NCBI GenBank assembly: GCA_964035545.1
Contig: CAXIUT010000103.1
Coordinates: 674,001 to 738,000, forward strand
Direction of reading: 5' to 3'
Length of the DNA: 64,000 nucleotides
DNA from: Bugula neritina
Lineage: Eukaryota > Animalia > Bryozoa
A program made the translations under genes and the position numbers. Positions 1-14,200 of the stretch are shown one piece after another. The notes below the pieces were generated by a model that was not told the origin of the DNA, did no database searches, and saw only the letters and a program-made list of their open reading frames with translations. How positions within the stretch are numbered: position 1 is the stretch's first letter; each line of letters starts with the position of its first letter.

Positions 1-182
1 TTCTTTGTGTTTATACGAAGCAGACACAGGCTAATATTAGTTTTGTTATTTGTAAGAGTTTTTCTGTCTGATTGTCCATCAGCAAAAGTTTGGCCTTGCA
101 GTTATTATGGAAATACCAGTGATGCTGGAAGACCTTTGCATTGTACACCCGCTTTTACTATTGAATTTAGATGTTTTATTTT

Positions 183-212
183 CCCATCCCCTCTCCTGCC
201 CCCCCTGTCCCC
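183..212 (-). other. G-quadruplex-forming motif, repeated once per monomer
   Basis: Minus strand reads GGGG-ACA-GGGGGGG-CAGGAGA-GGGG-AT-GGG, matching the canonical four-G-run pattern with loops of 1-7 nt. Confidence 0.7.
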
Positions 213-946
213 TCTAACAACCAGCAATCCTGACTCATGTGAATTGTGTTATTGTTCTAGAGTTGGCCCATGGGCCTACAGTATACGATTTGAAGCTTTA
301 TAGTTTACAGGCAGTGGAGATGAGTCGCTGCTAAAACCCATTTTGTTAGTAGACTATATTGCTCTTCAATCATCAGTTTTCATATTAAAAGAGAAAGCTC
401 ATCTGCAGCGCCATTTCACAGTGTTTTATTTTGCTAGAGCAATAACTAATTTTAGATGCCTTTGCAAACATATGAGAAATAAATGAGTGATTCTATGAAA
501 AGAGGTGTTTGCAGCAATTGTCCACTTTTGATTTACAAGCGGCATGGAAACTTTTGTAGTTTTAAATAATATCTCCAAACTCATCACTTGCATGTGTTTA
601 TAGACTTGATAAATTTTTTTATGCAAAACTTGATGCCTGCTTCAAAGACACCAGTGCTTAATTACTGTGTTAACTGTATTGGCACTTTGCCATGAGATTT
701 TTGGTAATATTTCGCATCACAACAAACTCTTCAGAAAGTTAAGAAAATCAGTCTAGAATGTTAATGAAATAAACCTACCAGAAAGAGTAAGCCAGATGTA
801 ACAAGTAGATCCAAAACAAGTTGATTAACAATTGAAGTTGAAATCTCCATGTAGTCAACACTTTAGTCCTAATGTCAAATGCAAACGTCTGCAATCAAAC
901 TGTGTAGACTTCATGAGCTGGTTAGCTGAAAGGACTCATTAAAGTT

Positions 947-2287
947 CTTAACTCTTGTGTGTATAGTGATGCCCATCTTGAACTAGAGAGGGCTGACTGA
1001 AGACTGCTACTTTGTGAAAATTGACAATGCATATTATTATTATTCATTGTTGAGATTCACGACTGCCATAAACAATGATAAAATATTCATTGTTGGTAGT
1101 ACTGAGTAGAATAAAATATAATATAATATTATTTTCTGGACAAATAAATAATATCAAATGCATATTATAACTTACCATAAATCTACTGTGCTTCACATCT
1201 TCACCTTTTTCTGCAATGTTATTTCTTTGCAGTTAGAAGTACTAGTTGAAAATATGACTATGAAACATAACCCTTCAATTTCATTGCACCAGCACCAGTT
1301 GCAAGATATGTGTGTTGGGAGTTATCTTTCCCAAAATTTTGTTCTTGGTGTTTATACGAAGCAGACACAGGCTAATATTAGTTTTGTTATTTGTAAGAGT
1401 TTTTCTGTCTGATTGTCCATCAGCAAAAGTTTGGCCTTGCAGTTATTATGGAAATACCAGTGATGCTGGAAGACCTTTGCATTGTACACCCGCTTTTACT
1501 ATTGAATTTAGATGTTTTATTTTCCCATCCCCTCTCCTGCCCCCCCTGTCCCCTCTAACAACCAGCAATCCTGACTCATGTGAATTGTGTTATTGTTCTA
1601 GAGTTGGCCCATGGGCCTACAGTATACGATTTGAAGCTTTATAGTTTACAGGCAGTGGAGATGAGTCACTGCTAAAACCCATTTTGTTAGTAGACTATAT
1701 TGCTCTTCAATCATCAGTTTTCATATTAAAAGAGAAAGCTCATCTGCAGCGCCATTTCACAGTGTTTTATTTTGCTAGAGCAATAACTAATTTTAGATGC
1801 CTTTGCAAACATATGAGAAATAAATGAGTGATTCTATGAAAAGAGGTGTTTGCAGCAATTGTCCACTTTTGATTTACAAGCGGCATGGAAACTTTTGTAG
1901 TTTTAAATAATATCTCCAAACTCATCACTTGCATGTGTTTATAGACTTGATAAATTTTTTTATGCAAAACTTGATGCCTGCTTCAAAGACACCAGTGCTT
2001 AATTACTGTGTTAACTGTATTGGCACGTTGCCATGAGATATTTGGTAATATTTCGCATCACAACAAACTCTTCAGAAAGTTAAGAAAATCAGTCTAGAAA
2101 GTTAATGAAATAAACCTACCAGAAAGAGTAAGCCAGATGTAACAAGTAGATCCAAAACAAGTTGATTAACAATTGAAGTTGAAATCTCCATGTAGTCAAC
2201 ACTTTAGTCCTAATGTCAAATGCAAACGTCTGCAATCAAACTGTGTAGACTTCATGAGCTGGTTAGCTGAAAGGACTCATTAAAGTT
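947..2287. repeat. First complete 1341-bp monomer, in the register set by the right array boundary (CTTAACTCTTG...CATTAAAGTT)
   Basis: At the array end AAAGTT is followed by TGTTTC instead of CTTAAC, which fixes the register. Confidence 0.9.
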
Positions 2288-5200
2288 CTTAACTCTTGTG
2301 TGTATAGTGATGCCCATCTTGAACTAGAGAGGGCTGACTGAAGACTGCTACTTTGTGAAAATTGACAATGCATATTATTATTATTCATTGTTGAGATTCA
2401 CGACTGCCATAAACAATGATAAAATATTCATTGTTGGTACTACTGAGTAGAATAAAATATAATATAATATTATTTTCTGGACAAATAAATAATATCAAAT
2501 GCATATTATAACTTACCATAAATCTACAGTGCTTCACATCTTCACTTTTTTCTGCAATGTTATTTCTTTGCAGTTAGAAGTACTAGTTGAAAATATGACT
2601 ATGAAACATAACCCTTCAATTTCATTGCACCAGCACCAGTTGCAAGATAGGTGTGTTGGGAGTTATCTTTTCCAAAATTTTGTTCTTTGTGTTTATACGA
2701 AACAGACACAGGCTAATATTAGTTTTGTTATTTGTAAGAGTTTTTCTGTCTGATTGTCCATCAGCAAAAGTTTGGCCTTGCAGTTATTATGGAAATACCA
2801 GTGATGCTGGAAGACCTTTGCATTGTACACCCGCTTTTACTATTGAATTTAGATGTTTTATTTTCCCATCCCCTCTCCTGCCCCCCCTGTCCCCTCTAAC
2901 AACCAGCAATCCTGACTCATGTGAATTGTGTTATTGTTCTAGAGTTGGCCCATGGGCCTACAGTATACGATTTGAAGCTTTATAGTTTACAGGCAGTGGA
3001 GATGAGTCGCTGCTAAAACCCATTTTGTTAGTAGACTATATTGCTCTTCAATCATCAGTTTTCATATTAAAAGAGAAAGCTCATCTGCAGCGCCATTTCA
3101 CAGTGTTTTATTTTGCTAGAGCAATAACTAATTTTAGATGCCTTTGCAAACATATGAGAAATAAATGAGTGATTCTATGAAAAGAGGTGTTTGCAGCAAT
3201 TGTCCACTTTTGATTTACAAGCGGCATGGAAACTTTTGTAGTTTTAAATAATATCTCCAAACTCATCACTTGCATGTGTTTATAGACTTGATAAATTTTT
3301 TTATGCAAAACTTGATGCCTGCTTCAAAGACACCAGTGCTTAATTACTGTGTTAACTGTATTGGCACGTTGCCATGAGATATTTGGTAATATTTCGCATC
3401 ACAACAAACTCTTCAGAAAGTTAAGAAAATCAGTCTAGAATGTTAATGAAATAAACCTACCAGAAAGAGTAAGCCAGATATAACAAGTAGATCCAAAACA
3501 AGTTGATTAACAATTGAAGTTGAAATCTCCATGTAGTCAACACTTTAGTCCTAATGTCAAATGCAAACGTCTGCAATCAAACTGTGTAGACTTCATGAGC
3601 TGGTTAGCTGAAAGGACTCATTAAAGTTCTTAACTCTTGTGTGTATAGTGATGCCCATCTTGAACTAGAGAGGGCTGACTGAAGACTGCTACTTTGTCAA
3701 AATTGACAATGCATATTATTATTATTCATTGTTGAGATTCACGACTGCCATAAACAATGATAAAATATTCATTGTTGGTAGTACTGATTAGAATAAAATA
3801 TAATATAATATTATTTTCTGGACAAATAAATAATATCAAATGCATATTATAACTTACCATAAATCTACTGTGCTTCACATCTTCACCTTTTTTTGCAATG
3901 TTATTTCTTTGCAGTTAGAAGTACTAGTTGAAAATATGACTATGAAACATAACCCTTCAATTTCATTGCACCAGCACCAGTTGCAAGATAGGTGTGTTGG
4001 GAGTTATCTTTCCCAAAATTTTGTTCTTGGTGTTTATACGAAGCAGACACAGGCTAATATTAGTTTTGTTATTTGTAAGAGTTTTTCTGTCTGATTGTCC
4101 ATCAGCAAAAGTTTGGCCTTGCAGTTATTATGGAAATACCAGTGATGCTGGAAGACCTTTGCATTGTACACCCGCTTTTACTATTGAATTTAGATGTTTT
4201 ATTTTCCCATCCCCTCTCCTGCCCCCCCTGTCCCCTCTAACAACCAGCAATCCTGACTCATGTGAATTGTGTTATTGTTCTAGAGTTGGCCCATGGGCCT
4301 ACAGTATACGATTTGAAGCTTTATAGTTTACAGGCAGTGGAGATGAGTCACTGCTAAAACCCATTTTGTTAGTAGACTATATTGCTCTTCAATCATCAGT
4401 TTTCATATTAAAAGAGAAAGCTCATCTGCAGCGCCATTTCACAGTGTTTTATTTTGCTAGAGCAATAACTAATTTTAGATGCCTTTGCAAACATATGAGA
4501 AATAAATGAGTGATTCTATGAAAAGAGGTGTTTGCAGCAATTGTCCACTTTTGATTTACAAGCGGCATGGAAACTTTTGTAGTTTTAAATAATATCTCCA
4601 AACTCATCACTTGCATGTGTTTATAGACTTGATAAATTTTTTTATGCAAAACTTGATGCCTGCTTCAAAGACACCAGTGCTTAATTACTGTGTTAACTGT
4701 ATTGGCACGTTGCCATGAGATATTTGGTAATATTTCGCATCACAACAAACTCTTCAGAAAGTTAAGAAAATCAGTCTAGAATGTTAATGAAATAAACCTA
4801 CCAGAAAGAGTAAGCCAGATGCAACAAGTAGATCCAAAACAAGTTGATTAACAATTGAAGTTGAAATCTCCATGTAGTCAACACTTTAGTCCTAATGTCA
4901 AATGCAAACGTCTGCAATCAAACTGTGTAGACTTCATGAGCTGGTTAGCTGAAAGGACTCATTAAAGTTCTTAACTCTTGTGTGTATAGTGATGCCCATC
5001 TTGAACTAGAGAGGGCTGACTGAAGACTGCTACTTTGTGAAAATTGACAATGCATATTATTATTATTCATTGTTGAGATTCACGACTGCCATAAACAATG
5101 ATAAAATATTCATTGTTGGTAGTACTGAGTAGAATAAAATATAATATAATATTATTTTCTGGACAAATAAATAATATCAAATGCATATTATAACTTACCA

Positions 5201-8200
5201 TAAATCTACAGTGCTTCACATCTTCACTTTTTTCTGGAATGTTATTTCTTTGCAGTTAGAAGTACTAGTTGAAAATATGACTATGAAACATAACCCTTCA
5301 ATTTCATTGCACCAGCACCAGTTGCAAGATAGGTGTGTTGGGAGTTATCTTTTCCAAAATTTTGTTCTTTGTGTTTATACGAAGCAGACACAGGCTAATA
5401 TTAGTTTTGTTATTTGTAAGAGTTTTTCTGTCTGATTGTCCATCAGCAAAAGTTTGGCCTTGCAGTTATTATGGAAATACCAGTGATGCTGGAAGACCTT
5501 TGCATTGTACACCCGCTTTTACTATTGAATTTAGATGTTTTATTTTCCCATCCCCTCTCCTGCCCCCCCTGTCCCCTCTAACAACCAGCAATCCTGACTC
5601 ATGTGAATTGTGTTATTGTTCTAGAGTTGGCCCATGGGCCTACAGTATACGATTTGAAGCTTTATAGTTTACAGGCAGTGGAGATGAGTCGCTGCTAAAA
5701 CCCATTTTGTTAGTAGACTATATTGCTCTTCAATCATCAGTTTTCATATTAAAAGAGAAAGCTCATCTGCAGCGCCATTTCACAGTGTTTTATTTTGCTA
5801 GAGCAATAACTAATTTTAGATGCCTTTGCAAACATATGAGAAATAAATGAGTGATTCTATGAAAAGAGGTGTTTGCAGCAATTGTCCACTTTTGATTTAC
5901 AAGCGGCATGGAAACTTTTGTAGTTTTAAATAATATCTCCAAACTCATCACTTGCATGTGTTTATAGACTTGATAAATTTTTTTATGCAAAACTTGATGC
6001 CTGCTTCAAAGACACCAGTGCTTAATTACTGTGTTAACTGTATTGGCACTTTGCCATGAGATTTTTGGTAATATTTCGCATCACAACAAACTCTTCAGAA
6101 AGTTAAGAAAATCAGTCTAGAATGTTAATGAAATAAACCTACCAGAAAGAGTAAGCCAGATGTAACAAGTAGATCCAAAACAAGTTGATTAACAATTGAA
6201 GTTGAAATCTCCATGTAGTCAACACTTTAGTCCTAATGTCAAATGCAAACGTCTGCAATCAAACTGTGTAGACTTCATGAGCTGGTTAGCTGAAAGGACT
6301 CATTAAAGTTCTTAACTCTTGTGTGTATAGTGATGCCCATCTTGAACTAGAGAGGGCTGACTGAAGACTGCTACTTTGTGAAAATTGACAATGCATATTA
6401 TTATTATTCATTGTTGAGATTCACGACTGCCATAAACAATGATAAAATATTCATTGTTGGTAGTACTGAGTAGAATAAAATATAATATAATATTATTTTC
6501 TGGACAAATAAATAATATCAAATGCATATTATAACTTACCATAAATCTACTGTGCTTCACATCTTCACCTTTTTCTGCAATGTTATTTCTTTGTAGTTAG
6601 AAGTACTAGTTGAAAATATGACTATGAAACATAACCCTTCAATTTCATTGCACCAGCACCAGTTGCAAGATATGTGTGTTGGGAGTTATCTTTCCCAAAA
6701 TTTTGTTCTTGGTGTTTATACGAAACAGACACAGGCTAATATTAGTTTTGTTATTTGTAAGAGTTTTTCTGTCTGATTGTCCATCAGCAAAAGTTTGGCC
6801 TTGCAGTTATTATGGAAATACCAGTGATGCTGGAAGACCTTTGCATTGTACACCCGCTTTTACTATTGAATTTAGATGTTTTATTTTCCCATCCCCTCTC
6901 CTGCCCCCCCTGTCCCCTCTAACAACCAGCAATCCTGACTCATGTGAATTGTGTTATTGTTCTAGAGTTGGCCCATGGGCCTACAGTATACGATTTGAAG
7001 CTTTATAGTTTACAGGCAGTGGAGATGAGTCGCTGCTAAAACCCATTTTGTTAGTAGACTATATTGCTCTTCAATCATCAGTTTTCATATTAAAAGAGAA
7101 AGCTCATCTGCAGCGCCATTTCACAGTGTTTTATTTTGCTAGAGCAATAACTAATTTTAGATGCCTTTGCAAACATATGAGAAATAAATGAGTGATTCTA
7201 TGAAAAGAGGTGTTTGCAGCAATTGTCCACTTTTGATTTACAAGCGGCATGGAAACTTTTGTAGTTTTAAATAATATCTCCAAACTCATCACTTGCATGT
7301 GTTTATAGACTTGATAAATTTTTTTATGCAAAACTTGATGCCTGCTTCAAAGACACCAGTGCTTAATTACTGTGTTAACTGTATTGGCACGTTGCCATGA
7401 GATATTTGGTAATATTTCGCATCACAACAAACTCTTCAGAAAGTTAAGAAAATCAGTCTAGAATGTTAATGAAATAAACCTACCAGAAAGAGTAAGCCAG
7501 ATGTAACAAGTAGATCCAAAACAAGTTGATTAACAATTGAAGTTGAAATCTCCATGTAGTCAACACTTTAGTCCTAATGTCAAATGCAAACGTCTGCAAT
7601 CAAACTGTGTAGACTTCATGAGCTGGTTAGCTGAAAGGACTCATTAAAGTTCTTAACTCTTGTGTGTATAGTGATGCCCATCTTGAACTAGAGAGGGCTG
7701 ACTGAAGACTGCTACTTTGTCAAAATTGACAATGCATATTATTATTATTCATTGTTGAGATTCACGACTGCCATAAACAATGATAAAATATTCATTGTTG
7801 GTAGTACTGATTAGAATAAAATATAATATAATATTATTTTCTGGACAAATAAATAATATCAAATGCATATTATAACTTACCATAAATCTACTGTGCTTCA
7901 CATCTTCACCTTTTTTTGCAATGTTATTTCTTTGCAGTTAGAAGTACTAGTTGAAAATATGACTATGAAACATAACCCTTCAATTTCATTGCACCAGCAC
8001 CAGTTGCAAGATAGGTGTGTTGGGAGTTATCTTTCCCAAAATTTTGTTCTTGGTGTTTATACGAAGCAGACACAGGCTAATATTAGTTTTGTTATTTGTA
8101 AGAGTTTTTCTGTCTGATTGTCCATCAGCAAAAGTTTGGCCTTGCAGTTATTAAGGAAATACCAGTGATGCTGGAAGACCTTTGCATTGTACACCCGCTT

Positions 8201-11200
8201 TTACTATTGAATTTAGATGTTTTATTTTCCCATCCCCTCTCCTGCCCCCCCTGTCCCCTCTAACAACCAGCAATCCTGACTCATGTGAATTGTGTTATTG
8301 TTCTAGAGTTGGCCCATGGGCCTACAGTATACGATTTGAAGCTTTATAGTTTACAGGCAGTGGAGATGAGTCGCTGCTAAAACCCATTTTGTTAGTAGAC
8401 TACATTGCTCTTCAATCATCAGTTTTCATATTAAAAGAGAAAGCTCATCTGCAGCGCCATTTCACAGTGTTTTATTTTGCTAGAGCAATAACTAATTTTA
8501 GATGCCTTTGCAAACATATGAGAAATAAATGAGTGATTATATGAAAAGAGGTGTTTGCAGCAATTGTCCACTTTTGATTTACAAGCGGCATGGAAACTTT
8601 TGTAGTTTTAAATAATATCTCCAAACTCATCACTTGCATGTGTTTATAGACTTGATAAATTTTTTTATGCAAAACTTGATGCCTGCTTCAAAGACACCAG
8701 TGCTTAATTACTGTGTTAACTGTATTGGCACGTTGCCATGAGATATTTGGTAATATTTCGCATCACAACAAACTCTTCAGAAAGTTAAGAAAATCAGTCT
8801 AGAAAGTTAATGAAAATAACCTACCAGAAAGAGTAAGCCAGATGTAACAAGTAGATCCAAAACAAGTTGATTAACAATTGAAGTTGAAATCTCCATGTAG
8901 TCAACACTTTAGTCCTAATGTCAAATGCAAACGTCTGCAATCAAACTGTGTAGACTTCATGAGCTGGTTAGCTGAAAGGACTCATTAAAGTTCTTAACTC
9001 TTGTGTGTATAGTGATGCCCATCTTGAACTAGAGAGGGCTGACTGAAGACTGCTACTTTGTGAAAATTGACAATGCATATTATTATTATTCATTGTTGAG
9101 ATTCACGACTGCCATAAACAATGATAAAATATTCATTGTTGGTACTACTGAGTAGAATAAAATATAATATAATATTATTTTCTGGACAAATAAATAATAT
9201 CAAATGCATATTATAACTTACCATAAATCTACAGTGCTTCACATCTTCACTTTTTTCTGCAATGTTATTTCTTTGCAGTTAGAAGTACTAGTTGAAAATA
9301 TGACTATGAAACATAACCCTTCAATTTCATTGCACCAGCACCAGTTGCAAGATAGGTGTGTTGGGAGTTATCTTTTCCAAAATTTTGTTCTTTGTGTTTA
9401 TACGAAACAGACACAGGCTAATATTAGTTTTGTTATTTGCAAGAGTTTTTCTGTCTGATTGTCCATCAGCAAAAGTTTGGCCTTGCAGTTATTATGGAAA
9501 TACCAGTGATGCTGGAAGACCTTTGCATTGTACACCCGCTTTTACTATTGAATTTAGATGTTTTATTTTCCCATCCCCTCTCCTGCCCCCCCTGTCCCCT
9601 CTAACAACCAGCAATCCTGACTCATGTGAATTGTGTTATTGTTCTAGAGTTGGCCCATGGGCCTACAGTATACGATTTGAAGCTTTATAGTTTACAGGCA
9701 GTGGAGATGAGTCGCTGCTAAAACCCATTTTGTTAGTAGACTATATTGCTCTTCAATCATCAGTTTTCATATTAAAAGAGAAAGCTCATCTGCAGCGCCA
9801 TTTCACAGTGTTTTATTTTGCTAGAGCAATAACTAATTTTAGATGCCTTTGCAAACATATGAGAAATAAATGAGTGATTCTATGAAAAGAGGTGTTTGCA
9901 GCAATTGTCCACTTTTGATTTACAAGCGGCATGGAAACTTTTGTAGTTTTAAATAATATCTCCAAACTCATCACTTGCATGTGTTTATAGACTTGATAAA
10001 TTTTTTTATGCAAAACTTGATGCCTGCTTCAAAGACACCAGTGCTTAATTACTGTGTTAACTGTATTGGCACGTTGCCATGAGATATTTGGTAATATTTC
10101 GCATCACAACAAACTCTTCAGAAAGTTAAGAAAATCAGTCTAGAATGTTAATGAAATAAACCTACCAGAAAGAGTAAGCCAGATGTAACAAGTAGATCCA
10201 AAACAAGTTGATTAACAATTGAAGTTGAAATCTCCATGTAGTCAACACTTTAGTCCTAATGTCAAATGCAAACGTCTGCAATCAAACTGTGTAGACTTCA
10301 TGAGCTGGTTAGCTGAAAGGACTCATTAAAGTTCTTAACTCTTGTGTGTATAGTGATGCCCATCTTGAACTAGAGAGGGCTGACTGAAGACTGCTACTTT
10401 GTCAAAATTGACAATGCATATTATTATTATTCATTGTTGAGATTCACGACTGCCATAAACAATGATAAAATATTCATTGTTGGTAGTACTGATTAGAATA
10501 AAATATAATATAATATTATTTTCTGGACAAATAAATAATATCAAATGCATATTATAACTTACCATAAATCTACTGTGCTTCACATCTTCACCTTTTTTTG
10601 CAATGTTATTTCTTTGCAGTTAGAAGTACTAGTTGAAAATATGACTATGAAACATAACCCTTCAATTTCATTGCACCAGCACCAGTTGCAAGATAGGTGT
10701 GTTGGGAGTTATCTTTCCCAAAATTTTGTTCTTGGTGTTTATACGAAGCAGACACAGGCTAATATTAGTTTTGTTATTTGTAAGAGTTTTTCTGTCTGAT
10801 TGTCCATCAGCAAAAGTTTGGCCTTGCAGTTATTAAGGAAATACCAGTGATGCTGGAAGACCTTTGCATTGTACACCCGCTTTTACTATTGAATTTAGAT
10901 GTTTTATTTTCCCATCCCCTCTCCTGCCCCCCCTGTCCCCTCTAACAACCAGCAATCCTGACTCATGTGAATTGTGTTATTGTTCTAGAGTTGGCCCATG
11001 GGCCTACAGTATACGATTTGAAGCTTTATAGTTTACAGGCAGTGGAGATGAGTCGCTGCTAAAACCCATTTTGTTAGTAGACTATATTGCTCTTCAATCA
11101 TCAGTTTTCATATTAAAAGAGAAAGCTCATCTGCAGCGCCATTTCACAGTGTTTTATTTTGCTAGAGCAATAACTAATTTTAGATGCCTTTGCAAACATA

Positions 11201-14200
11201 TGAGAAATAAATGAGTGATTATATGAAAAGAGGTGTTTGCAGCAATTGTCCACTTTTGATTTACAAGCGGCATGGAAACTTTTGTAGTTTTAAATAATAT
11301 CTCCAAACTCATCACTTGCATGTGTTTATAGACTTGATAAATTTTTTTATGCAAAACTTGATGCCTGCTTCAAAGACACCAGTGCTTAATTACTGTGTTA
11401 ACTGTATTGGCACGTTGCCATGAGATATTTGGTAATATTTCGCATCACAACAAACTCTTCAGAAAGTTAAGAAAATCAGTCTAGAAAGTTAATGAAAATA
11501 ACCTACCAGAAAGAGTAAGCCAGATGTAACAAGTAGATCCAAAACAAGTTGATTAACAATTGAAGTTGAAATCTCCATGTAGTCAACACTTTAGTCCTAA
11601 TGTCAAATGCAAACGTCTGCAATCAAACTGTGTAGACTTCATGAGCTGGTTAGCTGAAAGGACTCATTAAAGTTCTTAACTCTTGTGTGTATAGTGATGC
11701 CCATCTTGAACTAGAGAGGGCTGACTGAAGACTGCTACTTTGTGAAAATTGACAATGCATATTATTATTATTCATTGTTGAGATTCACGACTGCCATAAA
11801 CAATGATAAAATATTCATTGTTGGTAGTACTGAGTAGAATAAAATATAATATAATATTATTTTCTGGACAAATAAATAATATCAAATGCATATTATAACT
11901 TACCATAAATGTACTGTGCTTCACATCTTCACCTTTTTCTGCAATGTTATTTCTTTGCAGTTAGAAGTACTAGTTGAAAATATGACTATGAAACATAACC
12001 CTTCAATTTCATTGCACCAGCACCAGTTGCAAGATAGGTGTGTTGGGCGTTATCTTTCCCAAAATTTTGTTCTTTGTGTTTATACGAAGCAGACACAGGC
12101 TAATATTAGTTTTGTTATTTGCAAGAGTTTTTCTGTCTGATTGTCCATCAGCAAAAGTTTGGCCTTGCAGTTATTATGGAAATACCAGTGGTGCTGGAAG
12201 ACCTTTGCATTGTACACCCGCTTTTACTATTGAATTTAGATGTTTTATTTTCCCATCCCCTCTCCTGCCCCCCCTGTCCCCTCTAACAACCAGCAATCCT
12301 GACTCATGTGAATTGTGTTATTGTTCTAGAGTTGGCCCATGGGCCTACAGTATACGATTTGAAGCTTTATAGTTTACAGGCAGTGGAGATGAGTCACTGC
12401 TAAAACCCATTTTGTTAGTAGACTATATTGCTCTTCAATCATCAGTTTTCATATTAAAAGAGAAAGCTCATCTGCAGCGCCATTTCACAGTGTTTTATTT
12501 TGCTAGAGCAATAACTAATTTTAGATGCCTTTGCAAACATATGAGAAATAAATGAGTGATTCTATGAAAAGAGGTGTTTGCAGCAATTGTCCACTTTTGA
12601 TTTACAAGCGGCATGGAAACTTTTGTAGTTTTAAATAATATCTCCAAACTCATCACTTGCATGTGTTTATAGACTTGATAAATTTTTTCATGCAAAACTT
12701 GATGCCTGCTTCAAAGACACCAGTGCTTAATTACTGTGTTAACTGTATTGGCACGTTGCCATGAGATATTTGGTAATATTTCGCATCACAACAAACTCTT
12801 CAGAAAGTTAAGAAAATCAGTCTAGAAAGTTAATGAAATAAACCTACCAGAAAGAGTAAGCCAGATGTAACAAGTAGATCCAAAACAAGTTGATTAACAA
12901 TTGAAGTTGAAATCTCCATGTAGTCAACACTTTAGTCCTAATGTCAAATGCAAACGTCTGCAATCAAACTGTGTAGACTTCATGAGCTGGTTAGCTGAAA
13001 GGACTCATTAAAGTTCTTAACTCTTGTGTGTATAGTGATGCCCATCTTGAACTAGAGAGGGCTGACTGAAGACTGCTACTTTGTGAAAATTGACAATGCA
13101 TATTATTATTATTCATTGTTGAGATTCACGACTGCCATAAACAATGATAAAATATTCATTGTTGGTACTACTGAGTAGAATAAAATATAATATAATATTA
13201 TTTTCTGGACAAATAAATAATATCAAATGCATATTATAACTTACCATAAATCTACTGTGCTTCACATCTTCACCTTTTTTTGCAATGTTATTTCTTTGCA
13301 GTTAGAAGTACTAGTTGAAAATATGACTATGAAACATAACCCTTCAATTTCATTGCACCAGCACCAGTTGCAAGATAGGTGTGTTGGGAGTTATCTTTCC
13401 CAAAATTTTGTTCTTGGTGTTTATACGAAGCAGACACAGGCTAATATTAGTTTTGTTATTTGTAAGAGTTTTTCTGTCTGATTGTCCATCAGCAAAAGTT
13501 TGGCCTTGCAGTTATTAAGGAAATACCAGTGATGCTGGAAGACCTTTGCATTGTACACCCGCTTTTACTATTGAATTTAGATGTTTTATTTTCCCATCCC
13601 CTCTCCTGCCCCCCCTGTCCCCTCTAACAACCAGCAATCCTGACTCATGTGAATTGTGTTATTGTTCTAGAGTTGGCCCATGGGCCTACAGTATACGATT
13701 TGAAGCTTTATAGTTTACAGGCAGTGGAGATGAGTCGCTGCTAAAACCCATTTTGTTAGTAGACTACATTGCTCTTCAATCATCAGTTTTCATATTAAAA
13801 GAGAAAGCTCATCTGCAGCGCCATTTCACAGTGTTTTATTTTGCTAGAGCAATAACTAATTTTAGATGCCTTTGCAAACATATGAGAAATAAATGAGTGA
13901 TTATATGAAAAGAGGTGTTTGCAGCAATTGTCCACTTTTGATTTACAAGCGGCATGGAAACTTTTGTAGTTTTAAATAATATCTCCAAACTCATCACTTG
14001 CATGTGTTTATAGACTTGATAAATTTTTTTATGCAAAACTTGATGCCTGCTTCAAAGACACCAGTGCTTAATTACTGTGTTAACTGTATTGGCACGTTGC
14101 CATGAGATATTTGGTAATATTTCGCATCACAACAAACTCTTCAGAAAGTTAAGAAAATCAGTCTAGAAAGTTAATGAAAATAACCTACCAGAAAGAGTAA

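Noticed and set aside
257-276. Helitron 3' end (palindrome then CTAG on the minus strand)
   Set aside because: Palindrome has almost no loop, CTAG is followed by A rather than T, and the array boundary does not coincide with it.
274-296. GCCTACAGTATACGATTTGAAGC resembling the 5S rRNA 5' end
   Set aside because: Similarity stops after ~20 nt; no internal A/C boxes or 5S 3' end.
965-1000. C/D box snoRNA (GTGATG...CTGA)
   Set aside because: Imperfect C box, span too short and no terminal stem.
1100-1215. Spliced-leader RNA gene (minus-strand ATG|GTAAGT in a tandem repeat)
   Set aside because: No canonical Sm site or stem-loops downstream of the donor and no match to leaders I know. Not fully excluded without comparing to mRNA 5' ends.
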